This document shows, one piece after another, positions 18,366-27,896 of a stretch of 64,000 nt of DNA. This stretch comes from a virus (taxonomy: Duplodnaviria; Caudoviricetes): IMG/VR virus record IMGVR_UViG_3300032225_002310, positions 18,326 through 82,325 of that record; one strand, given 5' to 3'. The notes below the pieces were generated by a model. The model was not told the origin of the DNA and did not search any database. It was given only the letters and a program-made list of their open reading frames with translations. The position numbers were made by a program, and so were the translations under genes. The stretch's first letter is position 1. Each line of letters opens with the position of its first letter.

Positions 18366-19933
18366 TTAAAGATAATATTCAACTTATAATTCCTATGTCA
18401 GGAAGAGGAAAGAGATTTGCTCAAGCTGGATATAAAACATTAAAACCATTAATAGAAATAGATGGTTTTCCAATGGTTCAACATGTAGTAAATCTTTTTC
18501 CTGGAGTAACAGACATATCCTTCATTTGTGATGAAGCACATTTAAAAGAAACTAATATGTTACAAATATTAAAATCAATTGCACCCAAAGCTAAAATATT
18601 TGGTATTTCTAATAATACAAAAGGCCCAGTTAGTGCAGTTGATTCTATCAAAGATCATATAGATGAAAATAAAGAAGTTATTGTATCTTATTGTGATTAT
18701 GGCACAGATTGGGATTTTGATAAATTCCTAGAAGTAACTAGAAACGGAAACTTTGATGGAGCAATACCATGTTATACAGGATTTCATCCTCATATGTTGG
18801 GTAGCGATAATTATGCTTTCTGTAGAGAAGAAAATAAAATACTTCTAGAAATTAAAGAGAAAGAACCATTCACAAATAACAGAATGAGTGAATACGCTTC
18901 AAATGGAACTTATTATTTTAAAACTGGATTAATCCTTAAAAAATATTTTAAAGAAGTGATTGATTTAGATCTTAATTTAAAAGGAGAGTATTATGTTAGT
19001 TTGGCTTATAATCTTTTGGTTAGAGATAATTTAAAAGTTAATATTTTTGAAATTAAAAAAATGCTTCAATGGGGAACACCATATGATCTAGAGATATATA
19101 AAAGTTGGTCATCTTATTTTAGTAATATTAAAAAACCTCAAACGCCAATCCACAATGATCCAGAAACTACATTAATTTTGCCAATGGCTGGAAGAGGAAG
19201 TAGATTTTCTGAAGAAGGTTATCTATTACCAAAGCCATTATTAGAAGTAGATTCAAAACCAATGATCATGCAAGCTGTTGATTGTCTTCCTCAATCACAA
19301 ACTAATGTATTCATATGTTTATCAGAACATATTAAAAATTTTGATTTAGAACAAAAATTAAAAAATAAATACTCAAATTGCAAAGTTTTGTCTATAGATG
19401 AAACTACAGAAGGACAAGCTTGTACTTGTGAATTAGCTATTAAAAAGTTAAATTTAGACTTGGAAAAGCCTATTTTAATTTCAGCTTGCGATAATGGAGT
19501 TTATTATGATCAACAGAAATATTTAAAATTATTAGAAGATAAGAATAATGATATTATAGTTTGGTCATTTAGAAACAGCCAAACCAGCAAAATACATCCT
19601 AATATGTATTCTTGGTTAGAAGTAGATGATAATAATAATTTAAAATATGTTTCTTGTAAGAAATTTATATACGATGATCCTTTAAAAACTCATGCAATCA
19701 TAGGGACTATGTTTTTTAGAAAAGCTAAATACTTTATTGATGGTCTACAAAAAAATTACGAATTAAATATAAGAACAAATAATGAATTTTATGTGGATGA
19801 TGTATTAAATCAAAACATAAAAATGGGATTAAATATCAAAGTATTTGAGGTGGACAATTATATTTGCTGGGGAACTCCAGATGATTATAAAACTTATAAT
19901 TATTGGAAAGAGTTCTTTGATAACAATAATTGA
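18359..19933 (+). CDS. Tandem double sugar-phosphate nucleotidyltransferase
   Basis: Two homologous halves: IIPMSGRGKRF..KPLIEIDG...WGTPYDL and ILPMAGRGSRF..KPLLEVDS...WGTPDDY. Confidence 0.85.
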   Translation: MLIKDNIQLIIPMSGRGKRFAQAGYKTLKPLIEIDGFPMVQHVVNLFPGVTDISFICDEAHLKETNMLQILKSIAPKAKIFGISNNTKGPVSAVDSIKDHIDENKEVIVSYCDYGTDWDFDKFLEVTRNGNFDGAIPCYTGFHPHMLGSDNYAFCREENKILLEIKEKEPFTNNRMSEYASNGTYYFKTGLILKKYFKEVIDLDLNLKGEYYVSLAYNLLVRDNLKVNIFEIKKMLQWGTPYDLEIYKSWSSYFSNIKKPQTPIHNDPETTLILPMAGRGSRFSEEGYLLPKPLLEVDSKPMIMQAVDCLPQSQTNVFICLSEHIKNFDLEQKLKNKYSNCKVLSIDETTEGQACTCELAIKKLNLDLEKPILISACDNGVYYDQQKYLKLLEDKNNDIIVWSFRNSQTSKIHPNMYSWLEVDDNNNLKYVSCKKFIYDDPLKTHAIIGTMFFRKAKYFIDGLQKNYELNIRTNNEFYVDDVLNQNIKMGLNIKVFEVDNYICWGTPDDYKTYNYWKEFFDNNN

Positions 19934-19965
19934 TTTTCTTTAAAATTTTAATAAAATAATTAAAC

Positions 19966-20793
19966 ATGAATATCATTAAAATCATTCCAGATGGACACAT
20001 GGAAATAAAGCATGTTACTGATATATCGAATTATTTAAAAGAATTTATTAATGATGATATAGATTTAATTTTAAGATCTTGGGAGCAAAGACTTAATTTA
20101 CAAAACTTAAATAAAAAATTTATATCAATTGTTACATCTGCTGAAGGTCATCACTATATTCCAGAAGAAGTAAATAGCCCTAATTGCTTAGGAACATTTA
20201 TGCATTACCATCCAAAAAATGGAGATTGTTGCGTTAAAAATAATTTTATTTCTATTAAAAATTTATATCCTCTTCCTTTAGGAGAAATATTTAAATTTAA
20301 TGGAAATTCAGATTTATTATTAAAAGATAGAGAATATGATTATAGTTTTATTGGGCAATTTGATCCAGGCGCAAGAAGTGATTTCTATCCAGAAGTAAAT
20401 AAATTAAATAATAATTATAAAAAAAATATTATTTTTTATGATGGATGGAATAAAGGGATTGGCTCAGAGGAATATTCAAGAGCATTATCCAACACAAAAA
20501 TAGCATTGGTTCCAAGAGGTTCTGCGAGTTTAGATACTTTTAGATTTTACGAAGCCATGAGATGTGGGTGTATAGTTTTGACTTTAATACAAAATGAATA
20601 TGAATTCATGATAAATAGTCCTCATCTTGAAATAGGATCGTGGTCTAACCTACAATTATATTTAGATAATATATTAAACAATGAAAATATTCAAGAGCTA
20701 TCGAACAAAACCAAGGATTTTTGGGAAAATAATTTAAACTCAAAAGCTTCGGCAAATTTTATTTTAAAAAAAATAAATTATAATAAAATTTGA
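19966..20793 (+). CDS. GT47/exostosin-like glycosyltransferase
   Basis: LSNTKIALVPRGSASLDTFRFYEAMRCGC. Confidence 0.7.
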   Translation: MNIIKIIPDGHMEIKHVTDISNYLKEFINDDIDLILRSWEQRLNLQNLNKKFISIVTSAEGHHYIPEEVNSPNCLGTFMHYHPKNGDCCVKNNFISIKNLYPLPLGEIFKFNGNSDLLLKDREYDYSFIGQFDPGARSDFYPEVNKLNNNYKKNIIFYDGWNKGIGSEEYSRALSNTKIALVPRGSASLDTFRFYEAMRCGCIVLTLIQNEYEFMINSPHLEIGSWSNLQLYLDNILNNENIQELSNKTKDFWENNLNSKASANFILKKINYNKI

Positions 20794-20818
20794 CATTAAA
20801 TTATATATAATATATAAT
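20790..20818 (+). promoter_or_regulatory. Perfect-consensus sigma70 promoter
   Basis: TTGACA (20790-20795) N17 TATAAT (20813-20818). Confidence 0.8.
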
Positions 20819-20832
20819 ATATACTTACTTAA

Positions 20833-21531
20833 ATGAAGACTTATTCGTATAATGATTTATTAAATTTATATCAAAATAAAGTTAAAAAAGATAGTTCATA
20901 TTTTATAAAATATCAAAATTTAGATCCATATAAAGATGGTAAAATAGAAGAGATGTTAAATGGCAAAGATTATCCAAGAGTAACATGTGTCTTAGATTTT
21001 AAAGAATGGATTTCCAAGTATAATATTGTTCCAGAAAAAATGCTTTATACATCAGATACTGATTTTGAGTTAAATTATATACAACCAAAATCAAAAGAAT
21101 TATTAGAATATGATTCTGCAACTAATCATGGAGACTTGCATTCATTATCTTTAAAAGATAAAGATTATGATTTTGTTTTATTTTCTCAAACAATAGAGCA
21201 TCTTTATAATCCATTTAAAGCAATTGAAAAAATTTATGAACATACAAAATCTGGCGGATTTGTATTTACTAGTGTTCCAACAATTAATATACCTCACATG
21301 ACTCCAATACATTTTGCTGGAATATATCCAATGGGATTAGCAGTAATGTTTGAATCAGCTGGATTTGAAATCATGGAAATTGGTCAATGGGGAAATATAA
21401 ATTATTTAAATTATATTTTCAATAATCAAGGATGGCCAGATTACCAGCATTTAATCCAGATTGGAAATGGAATTATAACTAACGAAGAGCAAAACATAGC
21501 TCAGTGTTGGTGTTTGGCCAGAAAAATTTAA
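20833..21531 (+). CDS. Class I SAM methyltransferase-like protein
   Basis: YDFVLFSQTIEHLYNP..KSGGFVFTSVP; the glycine-rich SAM motif is not evident. Confidence 0.7.
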   Translation: MKTYSYNDLLNLYQNKVKKDSSYFIKYQNLDPYKDGKIEEMLNGKDYPRVTCVLDFKEWISKYNIVPEKMLYTSDTDFELNYIQPKSKELLEYDSATNHGDLHSLSLKDKDYDFVLFSQTIEHLYNPFKAIEKIYEHTKSGGFVFTSVPTINIPHMTPIHFAGIYPMGLAVMFESAGFEIMEIGQWGNINYLNYIFNNQGWPDYQHLIQIGNGIITNEEQNIAQCWCLARKI

Positions 21532-21532
21532 T

Positions 21533-22678
21533 ATGAACAAAAATATAAAAGAAACTTATTATGGCAAAAAAATAGATACATCCAATATCTTAAATATTGA
21601 AGATGCTAGTAAATTAATTAATGGTAAAAAAACCATAGTAGTAACTGGAGTTACTGGTCAAGATGGTAGTCATATGGTAGATTTTTTACTCAAAAATACT
21701 GATTATATTATTTTTGGTGGGGTAAGAAGATTAAGCGTTTATAATCATGAAAATATTAGGCATATTAAATCTGATAGATTTTATCTTATTAATTTTGACT
21801 TAACTGACTCTCACGCTATCGCCAGAACAGTAGAGAAACTACAACCAGATTATTTTATTAATTTTGCAGCACAAAGTTTCGTTGCAAGTAGTTGGGATTT
21901 TTCCAGACAAACTTGGCACACTAACTCAACTGCTGTTTTGGATATTCTTGAAGCAATTAGATTATACAAGCCATCTTGCAGATTGTATCAAGCTGGTTCT
22001 AGTGAAGAATTTGGAAATGTAGAATATTCTCCACAAGATGAAAACCATCCATTAAAACCAAGAAGTCCATATGGAGCAAGCAAAGCAGCCTCTAGGCAAT
22101 TGGTAAAAGTTTATAGAGAGTCTTATGGAATATATGCCATTCAAGGATGGTTATTTAATCACGAAGGAACAAGAAGAGGCGAAGAGTTCGTAACTAGAAA
22201 GATTACTAAAAATGTAGCTGGTATTTTTAATGCTATTAAAAATAATGAAGATTTTGCACCACTTGAATTAGGAAATATTGAAGCCAAACGAGATTGGAGC
22301 GATGCAGAAGATTTTATAGAAGGAGTTTGGATGATGTTGAATCAAGATAAATACAATCCAACCTACTCTGGAGAACCAAAAGAATATATATTTTCCTCAA
22401 ATGAAACTCATACAATTAAAGAATTTGCGGAAAAAGCATTTCGATACGCAGGGATAGATGGAGAATGGATTGGAGAAGGTGAACATATTATGTTCATTAA
22501 TAAAGATAAAAAAGTATTAATTCAAATTAATCCAAAATTTTACAGACCAGCAGAAGTAGAACTTCTTCTTGGTAGTTCAGATAGAGCCAGAAAAGAATTA
22601 AACTGGCAACCAAAGATTTCATTTGACAAACTTATTGAAAAAATGGTAAACTGGGATATTGAAAATCTCAAATCATAA
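21533..22678 (+). CDS. gmd: GDP-mannose 4,6-dehydratase
   Basis: VTGVTGQDGS; AAQSFV; YQAGSSEEFG; PRSPYGASK; FNHE; EEFVTRKI; RPAEV. Confidence 0.95.
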   Translation: MNKNIKETYYGKKIDTSNILNIEDASKLINGKKTIVVTGVTGQDGSHMVDFLLKNTDYIIFGGVRRLSVYNHENIRHIKSDRFYLINFDLTDSHAIARTVEKLQPDYFINFAAQSFVASSWDFSRQTWHTNSTAVLDILEAIRLYKPSCRLYQAGSSEEFGNVEYSPQDENHPLKPRSPYGASKAASRQLVKVYRESYGIYAIQGWLFNHEGTRRGEEFVTRKITKNVAGIFNAIKNNEDFAPLELGNIEAKRDWSDAEDFIEGVWMMLNQDKYNPTYSGEPKEYIFSSNETHTIKEFAEKAFRYAGIDGEWIGEGEHIMFINKDKKVLIQINPKFYRPAEVELLLGSSDRARKELNWQPKISFDKLIEKMVNWDIENLKS

Positions 22679-23003
22679 ACTTTGTCAATTAGTAGTTAAA
22701 AAATTTGTTAAAGGAAACATTAATTGGCCAAGGGAAATTAAAATTGCACAAAAGCTAGTTAAAAGATTCAATTCTTTTGATTTTTGGGATAATCTTAAAG
22801 AATTAGGAAGTCCACCACCTTCATTAGCTTGGTTTCTTAAACCAGAAGGAAAAGCCTTTATTCTAAGAGAATATGAAAGTTTTAATTTAAATTTAAATAC
22901 ACAAATAGTAAAACTAGAAGATAATAAAGTCCAAGATGATAAAAAGATTTGCAAAAAACCTAAAAGCTTGATAGAATTTATAAGATATGGCAAAAAAATC
23001 TAA
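22659..23003 (+). CDS. Hypothetical protein
   Basis: 114-aa ORF overlapping both neighbours in operon fashion; start uncertain. Confidence 0.6.
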   Translation: MKISNHKLCQLVVKKFVKGNINWPREIKIAQKLVKRFNSFDFWDNLKELGSPPPSLAWFLKPEGKAFILREYESFNLNLNTQIVKLEDNKVQDDKKICKKPKSLIEFIRYGKKI

Positions 23004-24129
23004 AGAAGAAATTATTGAATCATCTGGCCCAAGCGCGTCAGATAGACTATTATCCTTTTTAAAGGAAAATAAAGAAGATCATTACAATTTTGAAGATGAA
23101 GTTTATTATAAAGTATCAACTGGTAGTTTAAACCTGGATATCGCCACAAGCGGTGGTTTATGTCCAGGTTTACATAGGTTTATTGGTATGAATGAGGGCG
23201 GTAAAACTTCAGAAGCACTCGAAGTAACAAAAAACTTTCTTAAGACAGTAGACAACTCTAGAGCATTACTTTTCAAAGCAGAAGGAAGACTAAGCAAAGA
23301 AATTAAAGATCGTTCTGGTATTAAGTTTGTAACTGATGCTAAAGAATGGGTTGATGGAACTTGCTTTGTGTTTGAATGCAATATTTTTGAAACAGTTTCT
23401 GAATTAATGAAAGATCTTATTCAGTCTAATGATGAAAATAAGAGATATATTTTTATTCTTGATTCAGTTGACGGCTTGATGACAAAAGGTGATTCTCAAA
23501 AGAGCATGACAGAAGCAACTAAGGTTGCTGGTGGAGCAGTTATCTCCTCGATGTTGATGAAGAGGATTTCTCTTGCACTCTCTAAACGTGGGCATATGGC
23601 AATCTTTATTAGTCAAGTTCGATCTGATATCAAACTTGACCCTTATGCAGCTAATAAGGATATTCGTCAAACTACCGCAACTGGCGGAAATGCGCTATTA
23701 CATTTTGCTAATTGGATTCTTGAATTTGAACCAAAGTTTAATAAGGATCTTATTCTTGAAAAACCAAATGATAAATATGATCCAGTTAAGAATAAAATTA
23801 TCGGACATAATGTTAAAATTATTATTAAAAAATCCACAAATGAATCTACAAATTCCAAGATTCAATATCCAATCAAATATGGTCGTAAAGATGGCTCTTC
23901 AGTTTGGAGAGAATATGAAATTATCGATCAAATCTTAGCTTGGGAATTTGCAACTGCAAAAGGAGCATGGGTTACTTTTTCTCATGAAATTATTGAAGAA
24001 CTTAAAAAAGTAAATCTAGAACTTAAAAAGCAACATCAAGGAATAGATAATCTAAGATCTTATCTTGAAGAAAATAAACCAATTGTAGACTATTTCTATA
24101 ACAAATTCATTAATACTCTTGCATCATGA
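22987..24129 (+). CDS. recA: RecA/UvsX-like recombinase
   Basis: STGSLNLDIATSGG; Walker A GMNEGGKT; ILDSV; ISQVR; TGGNALLHFA. Confidence 0.9.
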   Translation: MAKKSKEEIIESSGPSASDRLLSFLKENKEDHYNFEDEVYYKVSTGSLNLDIATSGGLCPGLHRFIGMNEGGKTSEALEVTKNFLKTVDNSRALLFKAEGRLSKEIKDRSGIKFVTDAKEWVDGTCFVFECNIFETVSELMKDLIQSNDENKRYIFILDSVDGLMTKGDSQKSMTEATKVAGGAVISSMLMKRISLALSKRGHMAIFISQVRSDIKLDPYAANKDIRQTTATGGNALLHFANWILEFEPKFNKDLILEKPNDKYDPVKNKIIGHNVKIIIKKSTNESTNSKIQYPIKYGRKDGSSVWREYEIIDQILAWEFATAKGAWVTFSHEIIEELKKVNLELKKQHQGIDNLRSYLEENKPIVDYFYNKFINTLAS

Positions 24130-24545
24130 GATTGTTGAATATTAACGGCAAGCTCGTTAATAAAAACGTAAGAAATTACGAGATAGACTGGGATGGAAAA
24201 TGCAGAAGTAAATTGCAATTTAAATTCAAGCAATTCTTCTATCCTTACTGGAAAAATCATATTGTTTATGAAGAATTTCCAGTCTATGGAAGCATGCTTA
24301 AAGTAGATTTATTAAATGCAACTAAAAAGATAGCAGTTGAGATACAAGGCGATCAACACGAGAGCTTTAATAAGTTCTTTCACGATAATTCTAGATTAAA
24401 ATATCTTCAAAGCATAAAAAGAGATGTTAAGAAAGAAAAATGGTTAGAGATGAATGGATTTAAATTTCTGGAACTCTATGAAAATGATTTAAAAAACCTA
24501 TCACCACAATATATAGAAGAAAAGTGCGGAATATTGATTATTTAA
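24126..24545 (+). CDS. Vsr/DUF559-like endonuclease
   Basis: KVDLL..KIAVEIQGDQH..RDVKKEKWLEMNG. Confidence 0.75.
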   Translation: MRLLNINGKLVNKNVRNYEIDWDGKCRSKLQFKFKQFFYPYWKNHIVYEEFPVYGSMLKVDLLNATKKIAVEIQGDQHESFNKFFHDNSRLKYLQSIKRDVKKEKWLEMNGFKFLELYENDLKNLSPQYIEEKCGILII

Positions 24546-24552
24546 GTGTAAA
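24546..24552 (+). promoter_or_regulatory. GTGTAAW motif
   Basis: GTGTAAA, 8 nt before GTG 24561. Confidence 0.55.
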
Positions 24553-24560
24553 ATTTTGTA

Positions 24561-24824
24561 GTGACAAATAAGAAAAAATTTAATTTTCCACCTGCTCTTT
24601 TAAAACAAATTGATGAATGCAGTTTTGGTGGTTATATTCTTTTTAATTTTTCTAATAAAGGCGAACCCCAAGTATATACAAAATTTGATAATCAAATAAA
24701 TGCTATGGCTCTTTTATATTATTTAAATACATGGGGCCAAAGCGTTGATCAACTTAATTTAGAAGCCACCACAGATTTAATAGCTAGAAAAAACGAAGAA
24801 GAAAATTCAGAAGAACAAGATTAA
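24561..24824 (+). CDS. Hypothetical protein with acidic tail
   Basis: 87-aa ORF filling the gap between neighbours. Confidence 0.7.
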   Translation: MTNKKKFNFPPALLKQIDECSFGGYILFNFSNKGEPQVYTKFDNQINAMALLYYLNTWGQSVDQLNLEATTDLIARKNEEENSEEQD

Positions 24825-24827
24825 AAC

Positions 24828-24856
24828 TTGACTTTTAATTTCTAGTTTGGTATCAT
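24828..24856 (+). promoter_or_regulatory. sigma70 promoter with extended -10
   Basis: TTGACT N17 TATCAT, preceded by TGn. Confidence 0.75.
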
Positions 24857-24865
24857 ATATAAAGG

Positions 24866-26350
24866 ATGATTTATTCTTTACAAGTAGAAAGACACGTATT
24901 AAGCGGGCTATTGAAGCATCAAGATTTATTTGCAGATATTGATGTATTTTTAACAGAAAATGACTTCTATAATGATGTTCATTGTACTATTTATTCAATA
25001 TTCAAAAATATTAAACATAGAGGCGAAAACGTAGATAAAGTACTGTTAGCCGAAAAGATCAAGAATCTTGGAATCTCATTTAAAGATGAGATTAATATCT
25101 TTGATTATATTGACAACTTAAGCTTCTCACAAATTACGGAAGAAGCAACCATGGAAGCATGCAAGGAACTTATTAAGTTACGAGTGAGAAGAGAGATATC
25201 TTCAACGGCAGATAAACTTAAAGAATATGTAACAAAAAACTCAGATGAATCTCTCGATTCTATTATTTCTAAAATAGATCAGATTTATAATAAAAAAGTA
25301 TCCTCTTATTCCGAAAATGATATGCCAATTAATATTTTTGAAGGAGTTGAAGATCTTATCGAAGAAATTGGCAATAGTCCAAAAGAAGATACTGGACTTA
25401 TAACTCCATATTCTGAATTTAACAGAATGTATGGTGGTTTAAAGAATGGCAATATTTATGCTATTGCAAGTAGGCCAGGTCAAGGAAAATCAACTTGGCT
25501 AAATGATATTTGTTTTAAAACTTCTATTAATCCTAAGAATAAAACTAAAACTCTTATTCTTGATACCGAAATGCAAACTGTAGATATTCAATTAAGAATG
25601 GTTGCATCTTTAAGTGGTGTTCCAGTTTGGTATCTTGAAACTGGTAATTGGCGTAAAAACGAAGAAATGACCAAAAAAGTAAGAGAAGCTTGGGATAAAG
25701 TTAAAAAATACGAATACTTTCATTATCATGTAGGAAATAAAAATATTGACCAAGTATGTTCCATAATTCGCAGATGGTATCTTTCTAAAGTTGGAAGAGG
25801 AAACCAAGCTATGATCGCTTACGATTATATTAAACTAACTGGAGAAAAAGTTGGCCAAAACTGGGCAGAACATCAAGCGATTGGTGATAAGATAGACAAA
25901 CTAAAAAGAATTTCAGAAGAAATTAATTGTCCAATTATTACAGCCATGCAATTGAATAGAACTGGTGAAAGTTTTAATAGAAAAGGTTCAGAGGTTGTTG
26001 ATGATAGCTCTGTAATTTCACTTTCAGATAGATTACAATGGTTTGCATCATTCGTAGCAATCTTTAGAAGAAAAACTCTAGATGAGATTACTCTTGATGG
26101 CCAAGCGTTTGGAACTCATAAGTTGATTCCAACTAAAACTAGATTCCAAGGAAAAGACGCAGCGGGTCATCAAGACTTGGTTAGAAGACTAGATTGCACT
26201 GGCAAAGAAGTCTGGTCACAAAATTATTTAAATTATAATGTTCAAAATTTTAACATCGAAGAAAGAGGATCGCTCGCAGATGTAGCAGAGCGTCAAAGAG
26301 AACAATACGAACTTAATGATGCAAATGCAAACGATGGAGAACTATTATGA
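24866..26350 (+). CDS. dnaB: DnaB-like replicative helicase
   Basis: ASRPGQGKST; LDTEM; YDYI; AMQLNR. Confidence 0.92.
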   Translation: MIYSLQVERHVLSGLLKHQDLFADIDVFLTENDFYNDVHCTIYSIFKNIKHRGENVDKVLLAEKIKNLGISFKDEINIFDYIDNLSFSQITEEATMEACKELIKLRVRREISSTADKLKEYVTKNSDESLDSIISKIDQIYNKKVSSYSENDMPINIFEGVEDLIEEIGNSPKEDTGLITPYSEFNRMYGGLKNGNIYAIASRPGQGKSTWLNDICFKTSINPKNKTKTLILDTEMQTVDIQLRMVASLSGVPVWYLETGNWRKNEEMTKKVREAWDKVKKYEYFHYHVGNKNIDQVCSIIRRWYLSKVGRGNQAMIAYDYIKLTGEKVGQNWAEHQAIGDKIDKLKRISEEINCPIITAMQLNRTGESFNRKGSEVVDDSSVISLSDRLQWFASFVAIFRRKTLDEITLDGQAFGTHKLIPTKTRFQGKDAAGHQDLVRRLDCTGKEVWSQNYLNYNVQNFNIEERGSLADVAERQREQYELNDANANDGELL

Positions 26351-27003
26351 ACGTAGACTTAGTATCAATTACAAAACCAGAAATAAAAGGAATTAAAAAT
26401 CCAGAAGACTTGGTTGCATTTTGCGCTAGAGTTAGTAATCCATCTAATCAGATGAATGTTGAAACTGCTCCAAAACTATTAAAATTTTTAATCAAACACA
26501 AACATTGGAGTCCATTTGAGCTTGTTGATATGTGCGTTGAAATTAAAACTAGCAGAGGAATTGCAGCTCAAATTCTTAGACACAGATCATTTAGTTTCCA
26601 AGAATTTAGTCAAAGGTATAGTGTTGCAAATGAGTTTGAAGATATCGAACTTAGATTACAAGGAGATAAGAATAGGCAAGTAGGTGAAATTCTTATGAAA
26701 ACGAATACCGATGCATATGATAAAGTCAATGAACTTCTAATAGAATCCCTATCCCTTTCTCAACATTGTTATGACACAATGATTGAAAATGGAGTTGCGA
26801 AAGAAGTAGCAAGAATGATATTACCACTAACAACTCAAACCACAATGTATATGAAAGGTTCATTAAGAAGCTGGATTCATTATATCGAATTAAGAACAGA
26901 ACAGAATACTCAAAAAGAACATAGAGTAATTGCAGAAAAATGTAAAAAGATTTTCATTAAACAATTTCCTACAATAAGTGAGGCTTTAGAATGGAAGAGT
27001 TAA
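26347..27003 (+). CDS. thyX: FAD-dependent thymidylate synthase
   Basis: KHKHWSPFE; QILRHRSFSFQEFSQRY; VARMILP; LRSWIHY. Confidence 0.95.
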   Translation: MNVDLVSITKPEIKGIKNPEDLVAFCARVSNPSNQMNVETAPKLLKFLIKHKHWSPFELVDMCVEIKTSRGIAAQILRHRSFSFQEFSQRYSVANEFEDIELRLQGDKNRQVGEILMKTNTDAYDKVNELLIESLSLSQHCYDTMIENGVAKEVARMILPLTTQTTMYMKGSLRSWIHYIELRTEQNTQKEHRVIAEKCKKIFIKQFPTISEALEWKS

Positions 27004-27896
27004 ACGTATATCAAATCTTAACAGATCTTGGTTACCAATTGAAAGATTGTGGAAAAGAGTTTAGAGCCAAACCCCTATATAGAGATAGCGATAATGACTC
27101 CGTATTGAGAATATACAAAGATACTGGTAAATGGGTAGATTTCAAACAAAACATGAGTGGAGACATAAACTCATTAGTAAAATTAACACTTAAATTAGAA
27201 AATCCAAGTGAAGCGCAAGAATGGCTTAAGAATAAAAACTTTGCATTTAAAAACCCAACAGAACCACAAAAACCGCTTATAAAATCTTCTAAAAAATTTG
27301 ACACAGAAATTCTTTCTAAACTACAAGACGATCAAGAGTATTGGCTAAAAAGAGGAGTAGATATTGAAACATTAAAAATTTTTAAAGGCGGAGTTGCAAA
27401 AATGGGTAAGATGAAGAATAGATATGTATTCCCTATTTTTAATGCTAAGAATAATATTATAGGATTTTCTGGAAGAGATATCACTACTTTATCTAAGATA
27501 AAGTGGAAACATATTGGTGAAAAAACAGAGTTTGTTTATCCATTATTCATCAATTCAGAAATCATACAACAACAAAAAGAAATAATCTTAGTTGAAAGTA
27601 TTGGGGATATGTTGAGTTTATGGCAAGCTGGAGTTAAGAATACTCTTGTTACATTTGGAACTAGTTTAAGTTTAGCTATTTTAAATTATTCTTTAAAACT
27701 TGATCCCAAGAAAATCTATATTAGTTTGAACAATGATTCAAATAAAAATAATGCTGGAAATATTGCGGCAGAAAAAACTCAAGCTAGATTAAGTAGATAC
27801 TTCGATAAAAATCAATTAAAAATAGCTTTACCACCTAAAAAAGACTTTGGTGAAATGACCAAAGAAGAAATCGTTCAATGGAAAAACAATCTTTAA
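26991..27896 (+). CDS. DnaG-type primase (TOPRIM) with Cys-free zinc-binding-domain homolog
   Basis: RYVFPIFN..IIGFSGR; LVESIGD; SLNND; KKDFGE. Confidence 0.85.
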   Translation: MEELNVYQILTDLGYQLKDCGKEFRAKPLYRDSDNDSVLRIYKDTGKWVDFKQNMSGDINSLVKLTLKLENPSEAQEWLKNKNFAFKNPTEPQKPLIKSSKKFDTEILSKLQDDQEYWLKRGVDIETLKIFKGGVAKMGKMKNRYVFPIFNAKNNIIGFSGRDITTLSKIKWKHIGEKTEFVYPLFINSEIIQQQKEIILVESIGDMLSLWQAGVKNTLVTFGTSLSLAILNYSLKLDPKKIYISLNNDSNKNNAGNIAAEKTQARLSRYFDKNQLKIALPPKKDFGEMTKEEIVQWKNNL

